64,000 nucleotides of DNA. It comes from a bacterium (GTDB lineage Bacteria; CAYTYR01; UBA6262; DAOVJB01). Below are positions 1 to 10,115 of the stretch, piece after piece. The DNA lies in assembly GCA_043821115.1 (NCBI GenBank), contig JBDRDD010000007.1, positions 6,276 through 70,275 of the forward strand, in the 5' to 3' direction. The position numbers were made by a program, and so were the translations under genes. Under the pieces are notes generated by a model. It made no database searches and had not been told where the DNA came from. It saw nothing but the letters and a program-made list of their open reading frames with translations. The stretch's first letter is position 1; every line of letters starts with the position of its first letter.

Positions 1-3000
1 AGGGACATCTCGGTAGTATATAAAGGCGATCCCGAGGAAGTTGTCCAGGAGGCGGCGTTCGGAGATATAGACCTTGTCCTTCCCACAACGGAATTTGTGG
101 CATATAACAAGAAACTCTTCGGTGCAAAGCTTGACGCTAAGTATAAGCGCTTAAGGCTTTTGGCTATAGGCAGCAGAACACAGGGAATCTCCGATTCCAA
201 AGAGTTCAAAGGAAGGACCACATTTCAAAAAAAGGATATCTATGACATAAGTTATGTAAAAAGAAAGTATTACAAGCTCTATTTTGACTCTGCACATCTG
301 CCAATATTGAATGCTACGGAGAAGATATATATAGATGACAAGGACAACAGTAATAACCTGGACACTACGCTTCGTACGGTATATGATTATGCCAATACGG
401 TCAATTACACGGGTGATTTTGACACCTTAGACAGAGGAGAAGACTATACTATTGATTATACCAAAGGCATTATTACCTTTAACAGTCCTGTTGGATCAAA
501 TTATGTTGTTGCCGTAGCCTATGAGTACAGCGGGGGTGACGTTGGGTATAGCAATAACATCAGGATGGTAAAGAATGAGGATGAAACCCTGGTTAACCGG
601 TCTCTTAAAAACTATTATAATCTTGGTGCTACGAAGATACTCGAAGAAGGATTCATAGTAAAGATACAGGACTTGAGTAAAGATGAAGCTACAGAGATTA
701 TACTCTATGAGAATAATACCGATAAAAGCCAATTCACTTCTTATCAGATAGAAGAACTGGATTTTGACACAGGTTTTTTGAGGTTTGTAAGTGAAACACC
801 TTTCCCCGCAGAAGTCTATACTACAAATCCAACCCAAAGCAAAATAATTTATGTGGAATACAAGCATAGCGTCAACACATACCGGCTTGGTAGGATCGAT
901 ATCTTGAGGGGAAGCGAGGAGATAAGGGTTAACGGTAACAAACTCGAAAGAGATGTTGACTATCTGATTGATTATGATATAGGCATGGTGACGTTTCTCA
1001 AAGAAGATATAATAAGTGAAGATTCAGATGTAAGGATTGATTTCGAATATCTGCCTTTCGGTGGACAGCTCCAGCAGACACTCGTAGGTGCCAGAGGTGA
1101 ATTGAGCCTGCACAGGAACTGGTTTGTCGGTTCAACCATAATGTACAACTGGAGCGCTCCTCCTACATATGTGCCTGATGTAAAGGGGGCACCTGAGAGT
1201 GTCCTGGTAATGGAGGCTGACTCAAGGTATAAGTTCGAGAAGGAAGGGGTTCCTTTTAAGGGGGAAATATCCGGAGAGATTGCCAGAAGCCAGAGGGATG
1301 TGAACACTTACGGCAAGGCCATGATCGACAACATGGAAGGCTCTAAGACAGAGGATATGATGCCCACTAATAAGCAATTGTGGCTGCCGGCAAGCAACCC
1401 GGGTCAATCTGCGGATAAAAGACAGGATATCACGCTGGATAATCAGGATGTAGACAGTGAAGATATAAATTCTAATGTGTTGGATAAGGATGCCAAGCAG
1501 CAGGTGTTGACATTAGGCTACAGTCTGCCTGATACTGATTCCTGGGCGTCAGTAGTATACCCTATATCTAAAACGGGTGTGGATTATTCTCAAAAACAGT
1601 ACCTGGAACTAAAGATGTACGGAGACGGCAGTAATACGGAGTTCAATATAGACCTTGGAAGAATCAGCGAGGATATTGACAGCGATGGTGTTATGGATAC
1701 GGAAGATGCTAATAAGAACGATGAACTTGATTCCGATGAGGATAATGGTCTTGACCTTAGCCTAGACCAGTTCGGCAATAATACAAGTCTGCCTTCCAAT
1801 TACGGTGAGGACGATGGGCGTCTTGATACCGAGGATTTGGATAGAGACGGAAATCTTGATTCAGAGGGATTTATTTCAAGGTATTCCTCTCTAACAGATA
1901 CTGCCGGGACAAGTTACACGAGTGTCAGCTGGACAGGGTGGAAAACATTCCAGATTCCTCTGGATATTACTGCAGCAAATAAGAGTAGCTGGGAGAATAT
2001 TAAGCATGTGCGCCTTTGGATGACCAGGGGAACTGGAACATCCGCTTCAGGAAGTCTGAAAATAGCGGCCATCAATATCGTGGGTAACAACTGGGAAGAC
2101 GGGGAAGTGACAGGTAGTGGTAGCCTGGATGTAAGATCTATAAATAACGAGGATGATTCCGGATATGTTACATTGCCGGATTCTTTCTACAATGATATTT
2201 ATAACGAAGATCTCGATGAAGACGATGTAAAGGAGCAGGCACTATCGCTTAAATACACACTAAGCAATGGTGAAGAGGGTCATACTAAGAAGACCTTCAC
2301 TTCAGCACAGGATTACAGAGATTACAAACAGCTCAGATTCTATGTTTACGGGACGAATTCCCTGGGAGGGACTGTTTATTTCAGGATAGGGACCGAAACT
2401 GCATATTTTGAGTTTGAAAAAGTTGTGGACTGGACAGGATGGAAACAGATAAACCTAAACCTGATTGACAAAAACAGCGATTTTCTTGCCGATACCATAA
2501 TTTATGACGACCAGGAACTTACAAAGGCGGGTACACCTTCTCTTGGCAATATCACGGAACTGCGTTTTGGTGTAAGAAATAATACGGGTGCCCAGATTAC
2601 AGATGGTGAGATATGGGTAAATGACATACATCTTGCCGATCCCCAGAGTAGAGTGGGAGAGGCAAAAAGGATACATATGAGCACCAGCTATAAGGATTGG
2701 TTTTCAGTAGATGCTGATTTCAAAACACAGGACAGGAACTTTGAGACTATAGGCAAGAAGAGTGCCGGGCAGGACTCTACGCGCTATAGTGTTGATCCAA
2801 GAATAACATATTTTAAGTTCCTTCCCATAATAGCCCACTGGGATAAACAGAAAACGATTACCCCGACTACCACAGGAACCGACCTGAGCAGCAGTGCGGA
2901 AGGTACGGTGACAAGTGAGAATAAGAATATAGGTGCGGATTTCAGGTATAAAAAATGGCCTCATCTTAACACGAAGGTTTCACAGTCCTTACAAGACATA

Positions 3001-4524
3001 GACCAGCAGCAGAAGAAAGCAAGGTCTGATTCGTTTGCCGGCAGCGGAGATTATGATATACCCACAAATATCTTCATATTTCCCAAGCGATTCAAAACTG
3101 GTTACACGCGCACCAATTCTTACACTAATTATGGTGTGTTTGCAACCGGTAATGAGAACTCTCTTGAGACTATAGATGACTGGAATGGTGAGCTCAACTT
3201 CAAACAGGCATGGGGCAAGCAAATGCAATTGCACAGTTTCGCAATAACACCTTCTTACAGGCTGAAAAGGGCAGAGCTTATGAAGCAGATGCAGGCTCCC
3301 GAACGCAAGCTAAGAAACCCCCGTTATACGGAACAGAGTGCAGGTGTGCAGACTGATTTCAAGTTCTTCGGGTGGTTCAAGCCGCAGGCTAATGCTAATG
3401 TAACTTCCCGTTCCGATTACAATACAGAGGCAAGCTCATACACCGTTACCTCTAAGAACATAAGAAGGGACAGTATTATAGATACTAAAATTCCCTTCGC
3501 CGCTCGCGATATTATATCGCAGTCCAGGTTTTTAAGGACCCTGGAGATAAAGCCGTCATATAAACTTGAGAGAAAAGACCAGTACGAATTTGTACGCAGT
3601 GATTTTTACATCCTTGACAAACTGTGGGTTGATGATAAGTTAAAGGTAGACGAAGATCCAAAAACCACGTATGCAAAGGATGACTTCAGGACTGAACTTC
3701 GATGGCAACCGCTGGAATTTCTTGAGCTTAAAAAGGGATGGAAACCTATAGGTACGGTTGATACAAGGATCCAATACAATACAATTGAGGAACACAGGAC
3801 AACAACAGGAACACCTTCCGATACATTTACAACTATCTGGCCTGATTTGGAGTTTACCTTCCATAACATTGAATATTTCCCGTTATTTTACAGTTTTATG
3901 CAAAATGCCAGGTTTACTGTATGGTATTCACTAAAGGAAATAGACAGAAAGAAAATATCTCTTAACGAAACCCAGAACTGGAGATTCAAGTGGAACTTCA
4001 AGATATTCAATAAGTATACGTGGATTATGGAATATCAGGACACCCTCTCTACGGACAAGAACGCGGACGGCGTGTATCAGAAGAATAATATAGTTCAGAA
4101 GGCAGGGACTCAGGTGAATTTTAATATCAGCAAGAATGTTCGCTGTAACCTGCGATACGATGAGAATCTAAGCAAGCAAAAAGGGCAGAGCCTTAGTTTT
4201 GCAAGAAGAAAATCACCGAGTATAACAGTAGTAAGCGATCTTAGATTTCCTGCGGGTTTGCGTATTCCGCTTCTTATGAGAAAGCCCATGTATTTGCGCA
4301 ATGCCCTTGAGATTTCAACTGCCCTGGCCGTGGATATGGAAGAGAGTAATGTGGCTAAAAACAACAAGAATACATACAAAGCCGATATAAGTGCGGATTA
4401 TGATGTTAGTAATAATTTCGTATTTACACTGGGAACAAGCTACTCCAAAGTAAATTATACACAGCTTCCTCAAAATAATTACTCAACTTTTAATTTGCTT
4501 TTTAAGCTCTTAATTAAATTCTAG
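1..4524 (+). CDS. Giant surface/outer-membrane protein, 5'-partial (N-terminus upstream of window); Asp-rich thrombospondin-type-3-like Ca-binding repeats; Tyr/Trp-rich C-terminal region ending in Phe (beta-barrel-like); possibly SprA-like
   Basis: ORF track 97..4524 (1475 aa) but frame is open from base 1 (RDISVVYKGDPEE...) and the in-window Met has no signal peptide; repeats DTEDANKNDELDSDEDNGLD / DTEDLDRDGNLDSEGF; terminal residue F. Confidence 0.8.
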   Translation, partial: RDISVVYKGDPEEVVQEAAFGDIDLVLPTTEFVAYNKKLFGAKLDAKYKRLRLLAIGSRTQGISDSKEFKGRTTFQKKDIYDISYVKRKYYKLYFDSAHLPILNATEKIYIDDKDNSNNLDTTLRTVYDYANTVNYTGDFDTLDRGEDYTIDYTKGIITFNSPVGSNYVVAVAYEYSGGDVGYSNNIRMVKNEDETLVNRSLKNYYNLGATKILEEGFIVKIQDLSKDEATEIILYENNTDKSQFTSYQIEELDFDTGFLRFVSETPFPAEVYTTNPTQSKIIYVEYKHSVNTYRLGRIDILRGSEEIRVNGNKLERDVDYLIDYDIGMVTFLKEDIISEDSDVRIDFEYLPFGGQLQQTLVGARGELSLHRNWFVGSTIMYNWSAPPTYVPDVKGAPESVLVMEADSRYKFEKEGVPFKGEISGEIARSQRDVNTYGKAMIDNMEGSKTEDMMPTNKQLWLPASNPGQSADKRQDITLDNQDVDSEDINSNVLDKDAKQQVLTLGYSLPDTDSWASVVYPISKTGVDYSQKQYLELKMYGDGSNTEFNIDLGRISEDIDSDGVMDTEDANKNDELDSDEDNGLDLSLDQFGNNTSLPSNYGEDDGRLDTEDLDRDGNLDSEGFISRYSSLTDTAGTSYTSVSWTGWKTFQIPLDITAANKSSWENIKHVRLWMTRGTGTSASGSLKIAAINIVGNNWEDGEVTGSGSLDVRSINNEDDSGYVTLPDSFYNDIYNEDLDEDDVKEQALSLKYTLSNGEEGHTKKTFTSAQDYRDYKQLRFYVYGTNSLGGTVYFRIGTETAYFEFEKVVDWTGWKQINLNLIDKNSDFLADTIIYDDQELTKAGTPSLGNITELRFGVRNNTGAQITDGEIWVNDIHLADPQSRVGEAKRIHMSTSYKDWFSVDADFKTQDRNFETIGKKSAGQDSTRYSVDPRITYFKFLPIIAHWDKQKTITPTTTGTDLSSSAEGTVTSENKNIGADFRYKKWPHLNTKVSQSLQDIDQQQKKARSDSFAGSGDYDIPTNIFIFPKRFKTGYTRTNSYTNYGVFATGNENSLETIDDWNGELNFKQAWGKQMQLHSFAITPSYRLKRAELMKQMQAPERKLRNPRYTEQSAGVQTDFKFFGWFKPQANANVTSRSDYNTEASSYTVTSKNIRRDSIIDTKIPFAARDIISQSRFLRTLEIKPSYKLERKDQYEFVRSDFYILDKLWVDDKLKVDEDPKTTYAKDDFRTELRWQPLEFLELKKGWKPIGTVDTRIQYNTIEEHRTTTGTPSDTFTTIWPDLEFTFHNIEYFPLFYSFMQNARFTVWYSLKEIDRKKISLNETQNWRFKWNFKIFNKYTWIMEYQDTLSTDKNADGVYQKNNIVQKAGTQVNFNISKNVRCNLRYDENLSKQKGQSLSFARRKSPSITVVSDLRFPAGLRIPLLMRKPMYLRNALEISTALAVDMEESNVAKNNKNTYKADISADYDVSNNFVFTLGTSYSKVNYTQLPQNNYSTFNLLFKLLIKF

Positions 4525-4535
4525 GATCAACTCAA

Positions 4536-5207
4536 GTGCCGACTGTATGGGATCATGTGCTCAATATTATCTTCCCGCTTCACTGCGAGGTTTGCGGTGC
4601 AGCTTTATCTGCCGATAACAGGAGAAGGCTTTGTTCTGATTGCTGGGAGAAGATTTTACTTTCCAGGAAGGTTTTCTGCCCGCTTCCCGCGATAGACGGA
4701 AACATATACCTTGACCAGGTAAGGTCTGTGGGTAAATATGAAGGCATACTGCGCCAATGCATACATATAACCAAATACCGCAAAAAGCCGGCTCTCTCAG
4801 AAGCTCTTGGTGAGCTCATGGTGGAATGCCTGAAACGTAACCAGAAAAATATGGGCTTTGACTGTATAGTGCCTGTTCCTCTTTACAGGCGCCAGCTTCG
4901 AAAAAGAGGATTCAACCAATCGAGGTTGTTTGCGGATAGGATATCAAAACATTTCGGGGTGCCGGTTGTAAATGCAGTCTTACGGACAAAGGCTACAAAA
5001 CCCCAGTATATGCTCCAGAGACAGGAGAGGATAGCCAATCTTACAGGAGCCTTCAGGATTAAAGAGTCGCAAGCTATTCGGGGTAGGGCTGTTTTGCTTG
5101 TTGATGATGTTTATACCACAGGGACCACCGCGCATGAATGTGCCCGGGTCCTGCGTGAGGCGGGCTCTGGCAAGGTGAGTATGCTCGCACTTGCTCATGG
5201 GGATTAG
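4536..5207 (+). CDS. ComF-family protein (double zinc-ribbon plus phosphoribosyltransferase domain)
   Basis: N-terminal CxxC...CxxC (CEVCGA...CSDCWE); C-terminal PRTase motif VLLVDDVYTTGTT. Confidence 0.85.
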   Translation: MPTVWDHVLNIIFPLHCEVCGAALSADNRRRLCSDCWEKILLSRKVFCPLPAIDGNIYLDQVRSVGKYEGILRQCIHITKYRKKPALSEALGELMVECLKRNQKNMGFDCIVPVPLYRRQLRKRGFNQSRLFADRISKHFGVPVVNAVLRTKATKPQYMLQRQERIANLTGAFRIKESQAIRGRAVLLVDDVYTTGTTAHECARVLREAGSGKVSMLALAHGD

Positions 5208-5290
5208 GCAGTACTAAAGCTTGTTTTTTATTGTATTTTATATATATTAGTGATATAATAATTTTCTTGTAAAACTCTCATGAGGATGAA

Positions 5291-6931
5291 ATGCTTATAG
5301 AAGAGCTTCGTCAAGTAATCATTGAATCTATTAGAGATATGGGTATAGGGGATATTCCTGATTTTTCCCTGGATAGCTGTCCTGGCGACATAGATGGCGA
5401 TCTGTCAACAAATCTTGCTTTTATGGCTTCAAAAAAGCTGAGAAAATCTCCCGCTGAGTCCGGCAAGGCTGTTATTGAAGCAATTGAAAATAATAAGGCA
5501 GCCTCTGGGCTTATTGAAAAAATGGAAATTGCCGGCAAGGGTTTTATCAACTTTTTTATAACAAGTAAGAGGCTTCACACGGAACTCTCAGCAATACTCA
5601 AGGAAAAAGAGAATTACGGCAGACAGGATATAGGAAAAGGGGCGAGTGTACAGATAGAGTTTGTCTCGGCAAATCCTACAGGTCCTCTTCATATAGGTCA
5701 TGGAAGGGGTGCTGCCATAGGTGACAGCCTGGCCCGTATTCTTTCCGAGAGCGGATTTAATGTCCAGAAGGAATACTATATAAACAACAGGGGAAAACAG
5801 ATAGAACTTCTGGGTCAATCGGTAATGGCCAGATATAAAGAATTAAGCGGAGAAAAGATATCTTTTCCGGAGGATGGCTACAAGGGAGAGTATATAAAGC
5901 ACCTTGCCGCTAAAGTGCCTGCTGGCGTCAAAAAATATGATAAAGAATTCTTCAAGGAATTTGCCATAACCTCTATACTTGAGCAAATAAGGAAGGACCT
6001 TGAGGATTTCGGTGTAGTGTATCAAAGGTGGTTTACGGAAACGGATCTTTATGAAAAAGGTGAAGTTGAGAAGATGCTACAGCGTCTTTTAAAGGAGAAA
6101 TACCTTTACGAACAGGATGGGGCGATGTGGTTCAAATCCTCGGCGTTTGGAGACGAGAAGGACAGGGTCGTTGTCCGTGCTGACAAGGAGCCGACCTATC
6201 TGGCATCAGACATCACCTATCATTGGGATAAATTCAACAGGGGTTTTGATACCGTAGTAGATATATGGGGTGCAGACCATCACGGGTATGTTAAAAGGGT
6301 CAAGGCCAGTGCACAGGCCCTGGGATATTCCCCGGATAAAGTAAAAGTGATACTTTATCAGCTTGTTAGCTTATCCCGCGCGGGTAAGCCGCAGCCTATG
6401 TCAACGCGCGCCGGTGAGTTCGTGACGCTAAGGGAAGTGATAGACGAGGTCGGGACGGATGCATGCAGGTTCTTCTTCCTGATGCGCGGGGCTAATTCTC
6501 ATCTGGACTTTGATCTCGAGCTTGCAAAGAAGCAGTCCCCCGAAAATCCTGTTTACTATGTTCAGTACGCACATGCACGCATCTCGAGTGTCTTCAGGGA
6601 GGCTACGAAGGCGGGATACTTATTATCTGATAAGCTACCACAAGCCGAAGAGCTGGATGTGCTCCAGGCACCTGAGGAGATAGCTCTTATAAAGAAATTA
6701 ATGTACTTTCCGGAACTGGTGGCTCTTAGCGTCAGGACCTATGATCCTCACTGGGTTACTGCGTACGTTCAGGAGCTTGCCAAGGTATTCCATAACTATT
6801 ACCAGAAGTGCAGGGTTATTACAGAGGATAAAAATCTTACGAGGGCAAGGCTGTATCTGCTTAAGGCTGTTGGGCTCATGATATCAAGGAGTCTTGCACT
6901 CATAGGAGTAAATTCCCCGGAGAAAATGTAA
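5291..6931 (+). CDS. argS: Arginine--tRNA ligase
   Basis: Class I HIGH region PTGPLHIGHGRGAAIGDSLARIL; length 546 aa; typical ArgRS C-terminal anticodon-binding region. Confidence 0.95.
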   Translation: MLIEELRQVIIESIRDMGIGDIPDFSLDSCPGDIDGDLSTNLAFMASKKLRKSPAESGKAVIEAIENNKAASGLIEKMEIAGKGFINFFITSKRLHTELSAILKEKENYGRQDIGKGASVQIEFVSANPTGPLHIGHGRGAAIGDSLARILSESGFNVQKEYYINNRGKQIELLGQSVMARYKELSGEKISFPEDGYKGEYIKHLAAKVPAGVKKYDKEFFKEFAITSILEQIRKDLEDFGVVYQRWFTETDLYEKGEVEKMLQRLLKEKYLYEQDGAMWFKSSAFGDEKDRVVVRADKEPTYLASDITYHWDKFNRGFDTVVDIWGADHHGYVKRVKASAQALGYSPDKVKVILYQLVSLSRAGKPQPMSTRAGEFVTLREVIDEVGTDACRFFFLMRGANSHLDFDLELAKKQSPENPVYYVQYAHARISSVFREATKAGYLLSDKLPQAEELDVLQAPEEIALIKKLMYFPELVALSVRTYDPHWVTAYVQELAKVFHNYYQKCRVITEDKNLTRARLYLLKAVGLMISRSLALIGVNSPEKM

Positions 6932-6932
6932 A

Positions 6933-8765
6933 ATGAAAAACAAAAAACTTATATCGTTAACAGTAATTTTAACTCTGATGGTGGTTTTATATCCTTTAGC
7001 AGGATACGCTGAGAAAGAAGTAGGTGGTGAACCTGGTTCTTTTTTGACCATGGCACAGGGTGCGAGGTCACTGGCGCTCGGAGGCGCTTTTGTAGGGCTT
7101 GCGGATGACGCTTCGGCCCTTTGGGCGAATCCAGCGGGATTACATGAGTTAAATAAGATGGAATTTGTATCGCTTTTTGCGCCGTTATGGGAGGATACTA
7201 ATTACAGTCTTCTGGGATACGCGCATCCCACGGTTAGCTGGGGAACGTTTGCAGCGGGAGTGACGCAGATATCAAGCAAGAATTTCAAGAGGAGACTCAC
7301 CGTAAGTGACAGCCCGACTAATTTTAATGTTGTGGAGCAGGCATATTTTCTCTCCTACGGCCAAGGGTTTCTTGAGAAGTTCTCAGCCGGGGCGAGTTTT
7401 AAGATGGTTAATCAGAAGATAGATACCTACAGTGATTCAAAGTTGGGCGTGGATATAGGCGCCATGTACAGGTCTTTTGATAAGAAGTTTTCGCTTGGTT
7501 TCAACGTGCAGAACGTAATGCCGCCGAAGATGAAATTAAGAGATGAATATGACACATATCCTATCATCGCCAAGATGGGCGGTGCGTATACTTTCAAACC
7601 TGAAAAATCCGAAAGTAACCGAAAGCTTACTTTATGCTTTGAGATGGATTATTCCGCTTTCACGGAATACTTAAAGACAGCAGCTGGTGTCGAGTACTGG
7701 ACAGGGCCTTTTCTGGCTCTGCGGCTAGGTAAGGACACCTATGACGATCTTACATTCGGTTTCGGCTTTGCGTACAATGACCTTCAGTTAGATTACGCGC
7801 TTGCCAATCATGAGCTTGGTCTCACCCATCGCTTTTCACTTACCTACCGGTTCGGGTACATAGGAGAATCAAAGTACAGTGAGAAGGCTATTAGCAAGAA
7901 GATCAAGGATCACGATATGAAGGGACAGATGCATTACGAAGCAGCTAAGTATTCCCAGGCTCTGGGTGAATGGGAAAAAGCTCTCATTTGGAACCCTGCT
8001 GATAAAGAAATACAGGCAAAGCTCGAAAGAGCCAATAACCAGCTCGAAGCCATAGTCAATAAGAAGCTTCTTGAGGATCGTATTGACAAGGCATATATTT
8101 CCTACGAAGAAGGAAATATGGTTGAATCAATGGAACACTGGCAGGAGGTCTCAAAGTTGGACCCGGCTAACGACAGGGCCAAGGAATATATTGAGAAAAT
8201 AAACAATGTGCTCGTAAAAGAGGAAAAGGAGATTTACCAGGAGCGTCAGAAAGAAAAAGAAATATTGATTATAGCAGGCCATATTGAGAAAGGTCAGGGG
8301 TTCTACAGGAAGAAGCAGTATGACAAGGCTATAAAAGAGTGGAAGAAAGTAATTGCCATACGTCCGGATCACCTGCAGGCTTCAAGCAAGATACGTCAGG
8401 CAGAGGATAAGATAAAGGATTCTATAAAATCACATCTTGATAATGGTATAGATTTCTATAATTCCGGGAAGACAGCCGATGCTATCCGTGAGTTAAAGCT
8501 TGTGCTGTCCTATGAAAAGGATAATGAGCAGGCTAAAGATTATCTGTCTAAGGCAGAGATTGTGGGAAAAGAGATTCGCAAAAAGGTAGACCCGCATCAA
8601 GTCAACCGGCTTTATTACCAGGCTGCTGATATGTATCTTAAGGGAAGCTACCAGGAATCTGTAGGGGTTCTGGACGAACTTTTAATTATGGATCCTGTCA
8701 ATGAAAACGCACTGAAGCTCATGGATAAAGTGCAGAGTGTTATGGAGGTGCTTGGAAAACGATGA
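6933..8765 (+). CDS. FadL/PorV-like outer-membrane beta-barrel fused to a C-terminal TPR-like helical domain
   Basis: Signal peptide; hatch-like motif GARSLALGGAFVGLADDASALWANPAGL; barrel-terminal strand THRFSLTYRF at about aa 300, then about 300 aa of helical repeats; starts 2 nt after argS stop. Confidence 0.8.
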   Translation: MKNKKLISLTVILTLMVVLYPLAGYAEKEVGGEPGSFLTMAQGARSLALGGAFVGLADDASALWANPAGLHELNKMEFVSLFAPLWEDTNYSLLGYAHPTVSWGTFAAGVTQISSKNFKRRLTVSDSPTNFNVVEQAYFLSYGQGFLEKFSAGASFKMVNQKIDTYSDSKLGVDIGAMYRSFDKKFSLGFNVQNVMPPKMKLRDEYDTYPIIAKMGGAYTFKPEKSESNRKLTLCFEMDYSAFTEYLKTAAGVEYWTGPFLALRLGKDTYDDLTFGFGFAYNDLQLDYALANHELGLTHRFSLTYRFGYIGESKYSEKAISKKIKDHDMKGQMHYEAAKYSQALGEWEKALIWNPADKEIQAKLERANNQLEAIVNKKLLEDRIDKAYISYEEGNMVESMEHWQEVSKLDPANDRAKEYIEKINNVLVKEEKEIYQERQKEKEILIIAGHIEKGQGFYRKKQYDKAIKEWKKVIAIRPDHLQASSKIRQAEDKIKDSIKSHLDNGIDFYNSGKTADAIRELKLVLSYEKDNEQAKDYLSKAEIVGKEIRKKVDPHQVNRLYYQAADMYLKGSYQESVGVLDELLIMDPVNENALKLMDKVQSVMEVLGKR

Positions 8766-10096
8766 AAAAAAAACTAATTATATCAATACTGGTCGTTACG
8801 TTAGGATGGGGTTTTGCTAATGCGGGCACATGGGAGGAATTCCGGACAGATTTCGCTCCCAACGCGAGGATAGGGCACGTGGCCATATACGATCCTAACT
8901 CGGATGCGATGGTCGTTATGGGAGAAGCGGGGGCTACGGATCAAAATATATACTCCCTTGACCTAGGCACGGGAGAATGGATAATAAAGAGCTCTTCGGA
9001 GGCTACCGTAGCCAGGGCGGACCATTCTATAGTTTATGACAGCAGCAGAAACAGGGCACTTGTTTTCGGGGGAAGCACGCTAGGAAGACAAGATGTCAAC
9101 GGCTATGAGAATGTAACGTATTACTGGAATTTTGCTACACCGGCATGGGGTGCTATAACTACAACAGGTACTGCTCCCATGGACAGGATAGACCATTCTG
9201 CGATTTATGACAGCGCTAATGATTGTATGATCGTATTTGGTGGCATCGGAGACGACGGTCTTTATAAAAATGATGTGTACAGTCTTGACCTGGCTACGGC
9301 AGTGTGGAGCCAAATAACGACAAGCGGTACCGCGCCCCAGTCAAGGTTCAAGCATTCGGCAATTTATGACTCAACTAATAACCGTATGCTGATGCTAGGA
9401 GGCAGTTCTGCTCTTAGTCTTGCCCATAGTGATCTGTGGGCACTTGACCTGAGGACGGATCCGGGGACTTTTGCGTGGAGTCAGCTTTCTACTACAGGAG
9501 ATACTTTTCCCGGACGCACGGGGCAATCAATAGTTTTTGACCCTGATACGGGAACACAAGGCTCTATTATAGTGTTCGGGGGAATGGATCCCCTTGCTAT
9601 AGAGTACAAAAATGATACCTACATTCTTGATATTGCCACTTTGACCTGGTCAAAAGTGGAGCCGGGGCTTGTTCCGCCTTCAAGACGTACGGATCATGTT
9701 GCAGTATACGATACTGATAACAACAGGATGTTTATTTTCGGTGGCTATAGCGGGACCAGTAACTTGAACAGTTGTTATACACTTGATATTACAGACCGTT
9801 GGCCGTCTGATTCCGATGACAGCGAGGTTTTTAATTACCCGAATCCATTCAAGGCCGGCGCGGAGAACACCAACATAACTTTTTACATGCAAAGCGCGGG
9901 GAAGGTTAATATCAAGATCTATACGCTGGTAGGGGGGCTGGTGAAGACATGGTCTCTAAACAGCAGCAGGGGAATAAATAAAGTCGTATGGGACGGTAAG
10001 AACGGGGAAGAAAAAGTAGTGGGCAATGGTGGCTACATATGCGTGGTTGAAAAGCCCAATTCTAATATAAAATTCAAAATAGCGGTTGCAAAATAG
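8762..10096 (+). CDS. Kelch-repeat beta-propeller surface protein with T9SS-type C-terminal sorting (Por_Secre_tail/FlgD-Ig-like) domain
   Basis: Signal peptide; repeated Kelch-like blades (ALVFGG, MIVFGG, MLMLGG, IIVFGG, MFIFGG); C-terminal tail FNYPNPF...VVWDGKN...GGYICVV...KFKIAVAK; ATGA overlap with upstream gene. Confidence 0.85.
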   Translation: MKKKLIISILVVTLGWGFANAGTWEEFRTDFAPNARIGHVAIYDPNSDAMVVMGEAGATDQNIYSLDLGTGEWIIKSSSEATVARADHSIVYDSSRNRALVFGGSTLGRQDVNGYENVTYYWNFATPAWGAITTTGTAPMDRIDHSAIYDSANDCMIVFGGIGDDGLYKNDVYSLDLATAVWSQITTSGTAPQSRFKHSAIYDSTNNRMLMLGGSSALSLAHSDLWALDLRTDPGTFAWSQLSTTGDTFPGRTGQSIVFDPDTGTQGSIIVFGGMDPLAIEYKNDTYILDIATLTWSKVEPGLVPPSRRTDHVAVYDTDNNRMFIFGGYSGTSNLNSCYTLDITDRWPSDSDDSEVFNYPNPFKAGAENTNITFYMQSAGKVNIKIYTLVGGLVKTWSLNSSRGINKVVWDGKNGEEKVVGNGGYICVVEKPNSNIKFKIAVAK

Positions 10097-10115
10097 CACA
10101 CAGGTATAATACAGG

